A DNA stretch of 64,000 nt from an uncultured delta proteobacterium (GTDB taxonomy: Bacteria > Desulfobacterota > Binatia > UBA9968). This document shows positions 38,500 through 49,671 of the stretch, in pieces. Below the pieces are notes generated by a model. That model saw only the letters and a program-made list of their open reading frames with translations, had not been told where the DNA came from and searched no databases. The position numbers and the translations under genes were made by a program. The DNA lies in contig CAWDPO010000041.1 in assembly GCA_963804165.1 (NCBI GenBank), positions 32,001 to 96,000 of the forward strand, in the 5' to 3' direction. Position 1 is the stretch's first letter. Each line of letters opens with the position of its first letter.

Positions 38500-40662
38500 A
38501 TGAGAAAAATAATCCCATTGCGCTTGGTTATGGCGGTTATCGCCATTGCTCTGTTGATGGCGATTTCGCTCGTCGAACTGGGCAGCCAGCAGACTACCAC
38601 GCTGCGCGTGGATGGTGATGATATCGGCGGCGTGGTCGCGGGCGCCAACGGACCGGAAGCGGGTGTCTGGGTAATCGCGGAGACCACCGATCTTCCCACC
38701 AAGTTTGCCAAGATCGTAGTCACGGATGATCAAGGTCGCTATCTGGTTCCTGATTTGCCGAAAGCAAACTACAACATCTGGGTGCGCGGCTACGGACTCG
38801 TCGATTCGTCGAAAGTTCGGGCGACGCCCGGGAAAACTCTCAACCTGAAAGCTGCCGTAGCGCCGAACGATGCCGCGGCGGCGGAATACTATCCGGCCAT
38901 CTACTGGTACTCGATGCTCAAGATTCCCGAAAAGAGTCTCTTTCCCGGCACGGGCGAAAAAGGCAACGGTATGCCTGAGACACTTAGGCGTCGGGAGCAG
39001 TGGCTGGATGTCGTCAAAACCAACGGCTGTAATACTTGCCATCAGCTTGGCAACAAGGCGACGCGCACGATTCCAAAAGAACTCGGTGAATTCAAAACTT
39101 CAGCCGACGCGTGGCAACGGCGCATCGTTTCCGGACAAGCGATGACCTCCATGCTCAACGCCATGAACCGAATCGAATCCAAGCGAGCCACTGAGTTGTA
39201 TGGCGATTGGACCGACCGGATCGCCGCCGGCGAGTTGCCCAAGTCAAAACCGTCTCGACCCCAGGGCGTAGAGCGCAACGTAGTGATCACTGTGTGGGAT
39301 TGGAGTAATCCTAAGGCTTATCTCCACGATGAAATCTCCAGTGACAAACGTAATCCGACGGTCAACGCCAACGGTCCGATCTACGGCGCTACTGAGTTAA
39401 GCACTGATTTTGTTCCGGTGCTCGACCCGGTACGCCACAAAGCCTTCGAAATTAAACATCCGGTGCGCGATCCGAACACGCCGTCGGCGAAGACGGACCC
39501 GCTATCGCCGTCTCCTTACTGGGGCGCCGAACCTATATGGGATAGTCAGTCCAACCATCACAACCCGATGTTCGATGAAAAAGCACGGGTTTGGTTTACG
39601 GCAAGAGTCCGTCCGCCGGCCAACCCCGACTTCTGTAAAAAAGGTTCGAGCCATCCATCGGCCAAGGTGTTCCCGCTTCAAAGCGCCACCCGGCAACTTT
39701 CGATGTACGATCCGAAAAGCAAGAAGTTCACGCTGATAAGCACTTGTTTCCCGACGCACCATCTGGTGTTCGCGGAGGATGCCAATAATACTTTGTGGAC
39801 GAGCAGCGGTGGCGCCGCCAGCGGCATCGTCGGCTGGCTCAACAGGAAAATGTTTGAGGAGACCGGGGACGAGGAGAAATCCCAGGGCTGGACGCCTTTC
39901 ATTCTCGATACCAACGGCAACGGCAAGCGCGACGACTACGTGGAGCCCAATCAACCGGTGGATCCGACAAAAGACAAGCGAGTCGTAGCGGGGTTATACG
40001 GTGTCGCCGTAAGCCCCGTAGACCGTTCGATCTGGGGGACATCGTTAGGATTCCCCGGTTACGTCGTGCGGATCAATCCGGGACCGAATCCCGCCGAGAC
40101 CAGTCTCACTGAGATCTACGAAGCGCCATTGGAAGCCAACGGTTACGGCGTGCGCGGTATGGACATCGATCGCAACGGAGTCGTCTGGGTTTCGCTTGCA
40201 AGCGGCCATTTGGGCAGCTTCGACCGGAGCAAATGCAAAATCGTTAATGGCCCGACGGCGACGGGGAAGCACTGCCCCGAAGGTTGGACGCTCTATCCAT
40301 TCCCTGGACCGCAGTTTGAAACTATCGAAGATAGCGGCAGCGCCGAGGCGAGCTATTACACCTGGGTGGATCAGTTCGATACGTTTGGCCTGGGGAAAAA
40401 CATTCCCATCGCCACCGGCAACCTAAACGACGCCCTGTTGGCGTTAGTCGATGGCAAGTACGTCACGCTGCGCGTTCCTTATCCGCTCGGTTTTTACACC
40501 AAGTGGATGGATGGGCGCATTGACAATCCGAAGGCCGGCTGGAAAGGCAAAGGCCTGTGGTCGACCACCGGGACTCGTACGCCATTTCACATGGAAGGCG
40601 GTAAAGGCACAAAGCCAAAAGTCGTGAAGTTCCAGCTGCGCCCTGATCCGTTGGCGAAGTGA
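38500..40662 (+). CDS. Secreted CxxCH beta-propeller protein, paralog 3
   Basis: Colinear with paralogs 1 and 2; CNTCH; ends QLRPDPLAK. Confidence 0.85.
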   Translation: MRKIIPLRLVMAVIAIALLMAISLVELGSQQTTTLRVDGDDIGGVVAGANGPEAGVWVIAETTDLPTKFAKIVVTDDQGRYLVPDLPKANYNIWVRGYGLVDSSKVRATPGKTLNLKAAVAPNDAAAAEYYPAIYWYSMLKIPEKSLFPGTGEKGNGMPETLRRREQWLDVVKTNGCNTCHQLGNKATRTIPKELGEFKTSADAWQRRIVSGQAMTSMLNAMNRIESKRATELYGDWTDRIAAGELPKSKPSRPQGVERNVVITVWDWSNPKAYLHDEISSDKRNPTVNANGPIYGATELSTDFVPVLDPVRHKAFEIKHPVRDPNTPSAKTDPLSPSPYWGAEPIWDSQSNHHNPMFDEKARVWFTARVRPPANPDFCKKGSSHPSAKVFPLQSATRQLSMYDPKSKKFTLISTCFPTHHLVFAEDANNTLWTSSGGAASGIVGWLNRKMFEETGDEEKSQGWTPFILDTNGNGKRDDYVEPNQPVDPTKDKRVVAGLYGVAVSPVDRSIWGTSLGFPGYVVRINPGPNPAETSLTEIYEAPLEANGYGVRGMDIDRNGVVWVSLASGHLGSFDRSKCKIVNGPTATGKHCPEGWTLYPFPGPQFETIEDSGSAEASYYTWVDQFDTFGLGKNIPIATGNLNDALLALVDGKYVTLRVPYPLGFYTKWMDGRIDNPKAGWKGKGLWSTTGTRTPFHMEGGKGTKPKVVKFQLRPDPLAK

Positions 40663-40751
40663 AGCGCACATAGGCAAAAGCGTTCACACGCTCAACCCGA
40701 GTATATCGCCACTGAAAAATGCGCAGTCATATTCGTTGTGCGTCCGTCGCA

Positions 40752-41495
40752 CTACACACGGGATGACAAACGATCCTCCTCCTGAAGCTTTCTCTCGTAG
40801 TAACGCCACACCCAGAGGTCGTTAAACGTCGAACCGAGATCGGGGAGTCTTTCGGTATCTTGCGCAGTGATATTCGGCGCGTGCCTGCCCGTGATTGCCA
40901 CCTGCAAAGTGATTCTGGCCAACGTGTTGAAATTAAGCGCTGAAACGGTCGCCTCTTCGATCGTCTTCCCGGTGACCGTGATGCCATGACCTTTCATCAC
41001 GCAGATGTTTTTTTCACCCATTGCTTCGATTAACGGTGCCGCTAGGTCGGCGCGATTGACCAAGTACGAATGCTCGAAGGTCGGAATGCCGTGGAGGGCC
41101 ATGCGCATGGCTTGAATATTAAAGGCGCCGAAGATGGGGCGAAATTCCAATCCGGTGATACCGCAGATGAGCGCTTCCTTCGGATGCGCGTGGATGACGC
41201 AACCCACCGCCGGGCGTTGCTTATAAATTTCGCCGTGAATGGGCAGCTCGTTGGGCACCTGGTATCGTCCTTCCAGATCCGATCCCTTGCCGCCGAAATC
41301 GACCCGGCGTATGGCATCGACTGTTGTATAACGCACTCCTTGTTCGTCGTCGCTGCGGCAGCGGATCCACATCTCGTCGCCATCGGTGGTGCGCGCGCTG
41401 ACGTGGCCGAGAATATCGTCGACTAGACCTTCCATAGCCAAGATGCGGCAGGAGAGCGTGACTTTTTCCCGGAGATCTTCCGTAGCATCGGACAT
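40752..41495 (-). CDS. Class II aldolase/adducin family protein
   Basis: GHVSAR, ELPIH..IY..RP.V.CVIHAH, MKGHG Zn-binding motifs. Confidence 0.9.
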   Translation of the reverse strand: MSDATEDLREKVTLSCRILAMEGLVDDILGHVSARTTDGDEMWIRCRSDDEQGVRYTTVDAIRRVDFGGKGSDLEGRYQVPNELPIHGEIYKQRPAVGCVIHAHPKEALICGITGLEFRPIFGAFNIQAMRMALHGIPTFEHSYLVNRADLAAPLIEAMGEKNICVMKGHGITVTGKTIEEATVSALNFNTLARITLQVAITGRHAPNITAQDTERLPDLGSTFNDLWVWRYYERKLQEEDRLSSRV

Positions 41496-41728
41496 GGGCA
41501 ACCTCTTTGTGATCAAGATTAATGGCCGCGATGCTCATCTTAATACGCGCGCATGCCGGAGTCCAAGTTCGAAGACTTCGCTCGCGAGTCAGGCCAATTC
41601 CGCAATTTTCTCTGACAGTCCTTGCTATTGCTATTCGGATTTTGCTAGTGGATCGAGCAGCGTAGAGATCGCACGGGCGCAGCAGTATCGCGCCTTAAAC
41701 AACCCTCACATTTGGAAAGGTGGAAATC

Positions 41729-43444
41729 ATGCCGAAAATCACACTCAACAACGTCACGGTGTCCGACGCCTATATGGCGCTGCTTGCCGATCGTGGTATC
41801 GATTACTGGTTTGCCAACGCGGGGACGGATTTCGCTCCGGTCGTTGAGACTTTGGCCAAGGCGCAAGTGCTGGAGACGAAGGTACCGACGCCGGTCACTT
41901 GCCCGCACGAAAATACCGCGATGCACATGGCGATCGGTTACTTCCTGGTGACCGGACGGCCGCAAGCGGTGATGGTCCACGTAAATGTCGGCACCGCCAA
42001 CGGCATGAACGGGCTGCTCAATGCGGCGCGCGGCCATGTGCCGGTGCTCTTCACCGCCGGAAGAACGCCGACCAACGAGGATGGCTTGGCGGGACATCGC
42101 AGCCTCGATATTCACTGGACGCAAGAAATGTTCGATCAAGCGGGCATGCTGCGCGAGTCGGTCAAATGGGATTACGAGCTGCGCAACGGCCAGCAACTCG
42201 AGACCGTCGTCGACCGGGCGCTCAGCATTGCGAAAAGCGAACCGATGGGCCCGGTCTATCTTTCGCTGCCACGCGAAGTGCTGGCGCAGACGATGAACGA
42301 ATTCACTTATACGACGCCGTCGCGGCAACATCCGTCCGCTCCCGCGTCTCCCAATGGCGATGCTGCTGAAGAGGCGGCGGCGCTGCTCGCCGGCGCGGAG
42401 AATCCGCTGATCATCACCAGTTCCGCCGGGAGAGACCCGAAAGCCTGGACGGCGCTGGGGAAACTCGCAGAGCGCTACGCGATCCCGGTCATACAATACC
42501 GCAACCGGTATATGTCGGTTCCCAGCAATCATCCGATGAACTTGGGCTACGAGTTGAGTCCGCTACTCGACAATGCCGACGTGATTTTTGCGATCGACGT
42601 CCCAGTGCCGTGGTTGCCCGCCTACGACAAGGTGCGCGCCGACGCGAAAGTCATCCACATGGCGCCCGATCCGCTGCATGGTTACGTGCCGGTTCGCGGT
42701 CATCCTTGCGACATCGCGCTCGCCTGCTCGACCGCTGAAGGTTTGCGTGTGCTGAATGAAACCATGTCAGAGCACGAAGCGAGGGCGAAAATCCGCATCG
42801 ACAAACGCCGCGCGCTGCTCGGCGAAAGTTGGCGCACGATGCGCGATGGATGGCGCAAGAAGCTCGAGTCAGTCAAAGGTCAAACGCCGGTTCATCCGGC
42901 TTGGATCTCCAGTTGCATCAACGAGATCAAAGGTGAAGACACTATTGTGATCAAAGAATCACCGCTGGCGCAGGAGCATATCGACTTCACGATGCCCGCC
43001 ACCTTGTTCAACGCGGGCGCCGCGTCGGGTCTGGGTCATGGCCTCGGGTGTGCGCTCGGTGCTAAACTGGCGGCGCGTGATCGGCTGGTCATCGGCACCC
43101 ACGGCGACGGCTCGTACATGTTCGGTAATCCAATCTCGGCGCATTATGTCGGCGCCGAGCAGGAGCTGCCGGTTTTGACGGTGCTATTCAACAATCAACG
43201 CTGGCAGGCGGTGCGCCGGGCGACGGTCGGTCTCAATCGCGAGGGCTATGCGGCCAAGAGCCCGCACCAACCGATTACGTTCCTGGACAGCATTTCAAAT
43301 TACCAAAAGGCCGTGGAAGTCGCCGACGGCTACGGCGAAAAAGTCACCGATCCGAACGAGGTGATGGCCGCGCTCGAGCGCGGTCTCAAGGCGGTGACCG
43401 TGGAGAAACGCCAAGCGGTGATCAATATCATCTGTTCGGCGTAG
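41729..43444 (+). CDS. Thiamine pyrophosphate-requiring enzyme (acetolactate synthase/benzoylformate decarboxylase-like)
   Basis: PHE..A..MA.GY...TGRP, GPVYLSLPRE, GDGSY...N..NN ThDP motif. Confidence 0.9.
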   Translation: MPKITLNNVTVSDAYMALLADRGIDYWFANAGTDFAPVVETLAKAQVLETKVPTPVTCPHENTAMHMAIGYFLVTGRPQAVMVHVNVGTANGMNGLLNAARGHVPVLFTAGRTPTNEDGLAGHRSLDIHWTQEMFDQAGMLRESVKWDYELRNGQQLETVVDRALSIAKSEPMGPVYLSLPREVLAQTMNEFTYTTPSRQHPSAPASPNGDAAEEAAALLAGAENPLIITSSAGRDPKAWTALGKLAERYAIPVIQYRNRYMSVPSNHPMNLGYELSPLLDNADVIFAIDVPVPWLPAYDKVRADAKVIHMAPDPLHGYVPVRGHPCDIALACSTAEGLRVLNETMSEHEARAKIRIDKRRALLGESWRTMRDGWRKKLESVKGQTPVHPAWISSCINEIKGEDTIVIKESPLAQEHIDFTMPATLFNAGAASGLGHGLGCALGAKLAARDRLVIGTHGDGSYMFGNPISAHYVGAEQELPVLTVLFNNQRWQAVRRATVGLNREGYAAKSPHQPITFLDSISNYQKAVEVADGYGEKVTDPNEVMAALERGLKAVTVEKRQAVINIICSA

Positions 43445-43659
43445 GCAAAACCTTCCCAAGACGGGGAGGGTCGTATACACTATCCAGGATGGATCGGTTG
43501 TCGAAGTCTTCCCCCGCTTTTTTGTCTGCCAGCGGTTCCGACGTGATGCCCGGGCTCTTCCTGGGTCATCCTTTTTGTCTGACCGCGGGACGCTTTTACC
43601 GCGGTTGGGCTGCGCCGAACTATCACTGCTAGAGAATCCAAGGAGTCGAAATATCTCGT

Positions 43660-44559
43660 ATGGTTGATGCCGTCTTTTCAGAGCTGGAGTCTGAGTCGAT
43701 CGAAATTATCCGGGAAGTGGCGGCAACGGCTGCCAAACCGGTGATGCTGTATTCGATCGGCAAAGACTCCTCGGTGATGTTGCGCCTGGCGCAAAAGGCT
43801 TTTTACCCCGGACCGATTCCGTTTCCGCTGATGCACATCGATACGGGCTGGAAGTTTCGTGAGATGATCGCGTTTCGCGACCGTACTGCCAGGGAAATCG
43901 GCTTTAAGTTGCTCACGTACACCAACCCGCGCGGCGCCGCCGAGGGGATCGGACCGATCAGCCATGGTTCGGCGTACCACACCGACGTCATGAAAACCGA
44001 GGCGCTCAAGCAAGCGCTCGATCTGCACGGCTTTGACGTGGCTTTCGGCGGCGCCAGGCGCGACGAGGAGAAATCACGGGCCAAGGAGCGCGTATTTTCG
44101 TTTCGTGCGCCCGGCCACCGTTGGGAACCGAAAGCGCAGCGTCCCGAACTCTGGAATCTTTACAACACGCGCATTAATCCTGGCGAATCCATACGCGTAT
44201 TTCCGCTTTCCAATTGGACGGAAGCCGACATCTGGGCCTACATCCGCCACGAGAATATTCCGATCGTGCCGCTTTATTTTGCCGCCAAGCGTCGCGTGGT
44301 CAAGCGCTTCGGCCAATGGATCTTGGTCGACGATGACCGGTTGCCACTCGAGCCCGGCGAAACACCGGAGATACGCATGGTGCGCTTTCGCACCCTGGGC
44401 TGCTATCCGCTTACCGCCGGTATTGAAAGCGGCGCAACGACGCTGGATGAAATTGTCGCCGAAACACTTGGCGCGACGACCTCCGAACGACAGGGACGGA
44501 TCATCGATCACGACGGCGCGGGCTCGATGGAGCGCAAGAAGCAGGAAGGGTATTTCTGA
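43660..44559 (+). CDS. cysD: Sulfate adenylyltransferase subunit 2
   Basis: [39 protein letters not shown]. Confidence 0.97.
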   Translation: MVDAVFSELESESIEIIREVAATAAKPVMLYSIGKDSSVMLRLAQKAFYPGPIPFPLMHIDTGWKFREMIAFRDRTAREIGFKLLTYTNPRGAAEGIGPISHGSAYHTDVMKTEALKQALDLHGFDVAFGGARRDEEKSRAKERVFSFRAPGHRWEPKAQRPELWNLYNTRINPGESIRVFPLSNWTEADIWAYIRHENIPIVPLYFAAKRRVVKRFGQWILVDDDRLPLEPGETPEIRMVRFRTLGCYPLTAGIESGATTLDEIVAETLGATTSERQGRIIDHDGAGSMERKKQEGYF

Positions 44560-46385
44560 TGGATACCCTGCGCTTCATTACCTGCGGCAGCGTCGACGAT
44601 GGTAAATCGACTCTCATCGGCCGACTGCTTTACGAGTCCAAACTAATATTCGAGGATCAGCTCGAAGCGCTCAAGGCGGATTCCAAGAAATTTGGCACTC
44701 AGGGCGAGCGCTTGGACTTTGCCCTGCTGGTGGACGGCCTACAGGCCGAGCGGGAGCAGGGAATCACGATCGATGTTGCGTACCGATTCTTCGCCACGAC
44801 CAAGCGCCGTTTCATCGTCGCTGATACCCCCGGCCATGAACAGTACACCCGCAACATGGCGACCGGAGCGTCGACCGCGCAGGCGGCGGTCTTGCTGATC
44901 GATGCCCGCAAGGGCGTGCTCACCCAAACCAAGCGCCACAGCCGCATCGTCTCGATGCTGGGCATTCGTCACGTAGCTCTCGCGGTCAACAAGATGGATC
45001 TCGTGGCGTGGTCGCAACTGACCTTTGATGAAATCGAGCTCGCCTTTCGTCGCTTTGCCCAGGATCTGGGTTTTGAGACGATCACGGCGATCCCGTTGTC
45101 AGCGCTCGAGGGGCACAATATCGTCGACCCGGGCCACGCTGCGATGCCTTGGTACGAAGGATCGACTCTTTTGGATTGGCTCGAAACCGTTCCGAGCGAG
45201 CAGCACGAGACGATCCGACCCTTCACCATGCCGGTGCAATGGGTTAACCGGCCCAACCTGGACTTCCGCGGGTTCTCCGGACGCATCGCCAGCGGATCCG
45301 TCAAGCCCGGAGATAATGTGCGCATCAGTCCTTCGGGGGTTGCCAGCACCGTGAAGGAAATCGCCGTCTCCGGGGGTCCCCGAGAAACCGCGATCGCTGG
45401 TCAGTCCGTCACCCTGGTCCTTGAAGATGAGGTCGACGCCAGCCGCGGTGACGTCATCGCGACCGCTGCACACCCGATTGAGTGCGCTGACCAGTTTGAA
45501 GCGGATCTCTTGTGGATGACCGAGCATGCCTTGCTGCCCGGGCGTCCCTATGCGGCGCTGCTCCACAGCAAATCTGCGAGCGTGACCATCACGCACATCA
45601 AGCACCGTCTCGACATCAACAGCGGTGTTCACCTCGCCGCCAAGACGTTGGGCTTGAACGAAATCGCAACGGTGAACGTGAGTTTTGATCGGTCGGTGCC
45701 GTTTGCGCCGTTTAGCGAAAACAAACGACTGGGCGCTTTCATTGTCATCGATAAGCTCACCAACGAGACCGTCGGCGCCGGTCTCATCCGGTTTGCGCTG
45801 CGTCGATCGGGGAACGTCCACTGGCAAGCGTTGGAGGTCACCAAGGTCGCCAGGGCCGCGATGAAGCATCAAGAGGCGCGCTGCCTGTGGTTTACCGGGC
45901 TTTCGGGTTCAGGTAAGTCGACGATTGCCAACCTGCTGGAAAAGCGGCTACACGCCGACGGCAGGCATACCTACATTCTCGACGGCGATAACGTTCGTCA
46001 CGGACTTAATCGAGATCTGGGATTCACCGAGGCCGACCGCGTGGAAAATATTCGCCGGGTGGCAGAAGTCGCGAAGCTCCTAGTGGATGCGGGGTTGATC
46101 GTGATCGTCGCTTTTATTTCACCGTTCCGCGCGGAGCGCCAATTGGCCCGCGGCCTGTTCGATGACCGCGAATTTATCGAAGTCTTCGTCGATACACCGT
46201 TGGAAGAGTGCGAACGCCGTGACATCAAGGGTCTCTATGCCAAGGCGCGGCGCGGGGAACTGAAGAACTTCACAGGTATCGATAGCGACTACGAGCCGCC
46301 GGACTCGGCCGAAGTACATCTGCGAACGGTGGGGATGCGGCCCGAATCCTGCGTTGACCAGATCATCCGTTTGTGGCGATCGTAA
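44559..46385 (+). CDS. cysNC: Bifunctional sulfate adenylyltransferase subunit 1 / adenylylsulfate kinase
   Basis: [24 protein letters not shown] GTPase motifs; C-terminal [25 protein letters not shown] kinase. Confidence 0.95.
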   Translation: MDTLRFITCGSVDDGKSTLIGRLLYESKLIFEDQLEALKADSKKFGTQGERLDFALLVDGLQAEREQGITIDVAYRFFATTKRRFIVADTPGHEQYTRNMATGASTAQAAVLLIDARKGVLTQTKRHSRIVSMLGIRHVALAVNKMDLVAWSQLTFDEIELAFRRFAQDLGFETITAIPLSALEGHNIVDPGHAAMPWYEGSTLLDWLETVPSEQHETIRPFTMPVQWVNRPNLDFRGFSGRIASGSVKPGDNVRISPSGVASTVKEIAVSGGPRETAIAGQSVTLVLEDEVDASRGDVIATAAHPIECADQFEADLLWMTEHALLPGRPYAALLHSKSASVTITHIKHRLDINSGVHLAAKTLGLNEIATVNVSFDRSVPFAPFSENKRLGAFIVIDKLTNETVGAGLIRFALRRSGNVHWQALEVTKVARAAMKHQEARCLWFTGLSGSGKSTIANLLEKRLHADGRHTYILDGDNVRHGLNRDLGFTEADRVENIRRVAEVAKLLVDAGLIVIVAFISPFRAERQLARGLFDDREFIEVFVDTPLEECERRDIKGLYAKARRGELKNFTGIDSDYEPPDSAEVHLRTVGMRPESCVDQIIRLWRS

Positions 46386-46588
46386 AATGCTTCGTGCCAG
46401 TCATTGGTATAGTCTGGAGACAAGCGCAAGGTAATCTCAACTGCTCGTTGAATGCGTCACCGAACGCACGCCGCCGTCGATCGAGGATCCCTGTCAAATT
46501 ATGCGATTTCGCCGATCCTGCGCGTTAATCAAAGCCGACAGTCAAACGCGGGAGATTGGCTGCCTGCACAAAGGCTGTCGGTCTCGCT

Positions 46589-47062
46589 ATGTTGATTAAT
46601 CGCCGTACGCTGCGGATTGAATGGGGCCAGTGCGATCCCGCCGGGATCGTATTCTATCCGCAATATCTCATCATCTTCGATACCAGCACGGGCTGGCTAT
46701 TCGAGCGCACCGGCTTAACTCCCTCGGCGATGCGAAAAAAATATCGTATCGTCGGGATGCCTATCGTCGAAGTGGGCGCGCGATTCATTTTGCCTTGCCG
46801 CTTCGACGACGAGATCATCGTCGAAAGCGAGGTCGGCGAGTGGGGGCGCAGCAGCTTCACCGTGCGTCATCGTATCCTCAAAGCAGGCGAGCTCGCGCTC
46901 GATGGTTTTGAGAAACGCGTTTGGGCGGCGCCTCATCCCGACCGACTCGGCGCGATCAAAGCTCAACCCGTTCCGGCTGAAATCATCGCAAGCCTATCCG
47001 ATCCGACTGGTTCTACGACTATAAAATTCCAAGACACCGGCGACCGTCAAAGCGAAACCTGA
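46589..47062 (+). CDS. 4-hydroxybenzoyl-CoA thioesterase family (hotdog) protein
   Basis: WGQCDPAGIVFYP.Y, F..P.RF.D, GRSSF. Confidence 0.88.
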   Translation: MLINRRTLRIEWGQCDPAGIVFYPQYLIIFDTSTGWLFERTGLTPSAMRKKYRIVGMPIVEVGARFILPCRFDDEIIVESEVGEWGRSSFTVRHRILKAGELALDGFEKRVWAAPHPDRLGAIKAQPVPAEIIASLSDPTGSTTIKFQDTGDRQSET

Positions 47063-47173
47063 AACCATAGCGATAGGGGGCTAGGGTTGGCGCGGCAATT
47101 CCCCCTTGTTGCCTGGCGCGAATTGAGTATGATGACGTCGCGATCCGCACTCACCTGTAGTGGAGGGGCGACG

Positions 47174-48229
47174 ATGAAGTGGAAAAACTTAACGCGTTGT
47201 CTGGCACCGGCATCATTCCTTGTTATAGTTTTAACTGTTCCTCTCCACGCTCAGGCGCCTTTTTATCAGGGCAAAACGTTAACGATCATTGTCAGCAGTG
47301 ACGCGGGAGGCACCAGCGATCTGCGGGTCAAGTCGCTCGTGCCGTACCTGCAAAAATACATTCCGGGAAATCCCACTGTCGTGCTCGAGTACATGCCCGG
47401 GGGTGGCGGGCGAAAAGCCGCCAATCACGTTTACCGGACAGCGCGACCCGATGGCATGGTGATCGGCAGCATGGGGACGACTCTTTTAGCGGCTGCGATC
47501 CAATCCGAGTCGGGAGTTCTGTACGATTTGAACAAATTTATTTATCTGGGCTCATCCGACGCCACCACCCAGCATATCTTTTCTACCCGAAAAGAAATCG
47601 GGCTGACGAATCTCGAAAAACTCCGCGGCGCGCCCGGGATAAGAATAGGCGCTCAATCCATAGGTCACAATATCTACATCACCGGCAGGCTCTTCGCGTT
47701 TTTCCTCGGTCTGAAAGATCCCAAGTTCGTTGTCGGATATTCCGGACCGGAGGTCGATCTAGCTCTGCTGCGCGGCGAGGTCGATGCCCGATCGAGCTTG
47801 ATCGCTTCCGTCGTGCAACGAACACCGGAATGGATCGACAAAGGTCTCGTCGATTTTCATGCTGTTCTCGAAACGCCCAAGGGTAACCGGCATCACCGCT
47901 TTGCTCACTTGCCAGAACTCGAGACATTCGCCAAATCGGATATAGAGCGGAAAGTGTTGGCGCTGCAGCGCGCCATCCGTCTGGGCGGATCAGCCATCGT
48001 GCTCCCGCCAAACACGCCGCGCGATCGGATGGAAATTTTGCAAGCGGCCATGCGCAAGGCGCTTAACGATCCTGGGTTCTTAGCGTCGTTCCGCAAGCTT
48101 GTCGGCGAAGATCCGGCGCCGCTCCAACCCGAGGAGCTACAAAAAGTTATCCAGGAAGTTCCGCGCGATCCCGAGGTGATCGGACTTTTCAATAAGATCG
48201 CCGGCGCCGAAAGGCTGCCGGACCGATAA
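47174..48229 (+). CDS. Bug/TctC-family tripartite tricarboxylate transporter substrate-binding protein
   Basis: Signal peptide; FYQGKT..I....AGG..D, IPGNPT....MPGGGG..AAN..Y..A.PDG. Confidence 0.85.
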   Translation: MKWKNLTRCLAPASFLVIVLTVPLHAQAPFYQGKTLTIIVSSDAGGTSDLRVKSLVPYLQKYIPGNPTVVLEYMPGGGGRKAANHVYRTARPDGMVIGSMGTTLLAAAIQSESGVLYDLNKFIYLGSSDATTQHIFSTRKEIGLTNLEKLRGAPGIRIGAQSIGHNIYITGRLFAFFLGLKDPKFVVGYSGPEVDLALLRGEVDARSSLIASVVQRTPEWIDKGLVDFHAVLETPKGNRHHRFAHLPELETFAKSDIERKVLALQRAIRLGGSAIVLPPNTPRDRMEILQAAMRKALNDPGFLASFRKLVGEDPAPLQPEELQKVIQEVPRDPEVIGLFNKIAGAERLPDR

Positions 48230-48381
48230 GAAAGCTGATTTTGAAACTTGATTTCCGACGCTGTCAGCATGAGTCGAAGTGGATACTAAAAGCTCTAATT
48301 CGTATCTGGCTCAACTCGATCGGTGCGACTCGGTAAGGTTTATTGACGACCGGACGGAGAAAAACAATAGGAAGGACGAAA

Positions 48382-49362
48382 ATGGCAATGACCGCGAATT
48401 CTGCGAGCGCAACTGAAATTCCTGCCGCCAAACAGCCGCGCTTTTCCGGCATGAGCCACGTAAGCCTGGCGTGCCGCGATCTTGAAGAATCGAAGATTTT
48501 TTATTCCCAAGTTATGAGCGGAGAGCTGGTTCATGAGATCGCCGGCTTCGTCGAATACCGTATCGCCGACATCATCTTCGGGCTTTCCAAACAGAGCGGC
48601 GGCTGGACCGGCGCCGCCGACGAATATCCCCATTACGCGTTTTATCTCGACGGCGCAAATTTCGAACTCATGAAACATTGGCTCGATCACCACGGTGTCC
48701 CCAACTATCCCTATCGGCGCGGCGAGACGGCGCTTATTTACTTCCGCGACCCTTCGGGTAATCTCTTCGAGCTTTATTGCGAGCGCGGCTATGACGGGAT
48801 TGCATCTTTGCCATCAGCGCCCCGAAGAGGAGGGCCAGCGATCGACTTTCGCAGTCTCAACTACCAATGGAACGCCAATAGCGTGAGGCCGAGTGTCGTG
48901 GAAACTGAGCGGCCGCGCCTCACATCGTTCGCTCACGCGAGCATTTTCTGCACCGATCTTGAACAGGCGAAACGTTTTTTTACCCAAGTCATTGGCGGCG
49001 AGCTCATCCATGACGTCGACGGATTCGCGGAAGTGCGCGTCGCCGGGGTCATCATCGGCCTTACGGTTCGCCCTGGAACGACCACCGGGCGCGACGCCGA
49101 ATATCCTCATTACGCTTTTTTCATTGAAGGAGAAGATTTTCTGCCCATGGTCGCGTGGCTGCGGCAAAGCGGCGTCGTCACGACCGAGCCGTGGACGCGC
49201 GACGGCGTCAAAGGTTTGCTCTACTTTCGCGATCCGGCGGGAAATCTCTTCGAGATGTACTGCCGCCACCTCAAAGAGGCGGCTTCATTTGTGCGCGGCA
49301 AAAAGCAAGGCGGCGGCTACGAGATCGATTTCGCGGCTCTGAATTACGACTGGAACGGATAG
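48382..49362 (+). CDS. VOC-family protein made of two tandem full-length repeats
   Basis: Twice: H.S..C.DLE..K.F...V..GEL.H ... EYPHYAF ... YFRDP.GNLFE.YC ... IDF..LNY.WN. Confidence 0.85.
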   Translation: MAMTANSASATEIPAAKQPRFSGMSHVSLACRDLEESKIFYSQVMSGELVHEIAGFVEYRIADIIFGLSKQSGGWTGAADEYPHYAFYLDGANFELMKHWLDHHGVPNYPYRRGETALIYFRDPSGNLFELYCERGYDGIASLPSAPRRGGPAIDFRSLNYQWNANSVRPSVVETERPRLTSFAHASIFCTDLEQAKRFFTQVIGGELIHDVDGFAEVRVAGVIIGLTVRPGTTTGRDAEYPHYAFFIEGEDFLPMVAWLRQSGVVTTEPWTRDGVKGLLYFRDPAGNLFEMYCRHLKEAASFVRGKKQGGGYEIDFAALNYDWNG

Positions 49363-49671
49363 AGAATGCCAAACACCTTGCGCCGAGGGCGTAACATCTT
49401 CAACCTGTAACGACGACGGAACGACATTAGTTGACGCCGGCACTTGGGCCGCATAAGGTCAGCTGTGTCGGAACCCGAGAGTCAATTACCGCTTCCCTGT
49501 TGTCCCGAGCTGTTAGCCTGGTACTTATTCAAAGCAAGCAACAATCCGTATTGACGTCGAAAAAGTGTCAGGTTGTGGTCTCGCGGGCAGAGCAAGCTTT
49601 TCAATAAAGGGCCTTCCCTCAGGGGGCATTGTTCTATATATCTAGACGCCGGTTCGGGGAGATAATCATCG

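Noticed and set aside
34406-39954. Recurrent antisense ORFs within the three propeller genes and other long shadow ORFs (e.g. 62260-63399)
   Set aside because: Expected mirror ORFs of GC-rich coding sequence; their similarity reflects the sense-strand paralogy
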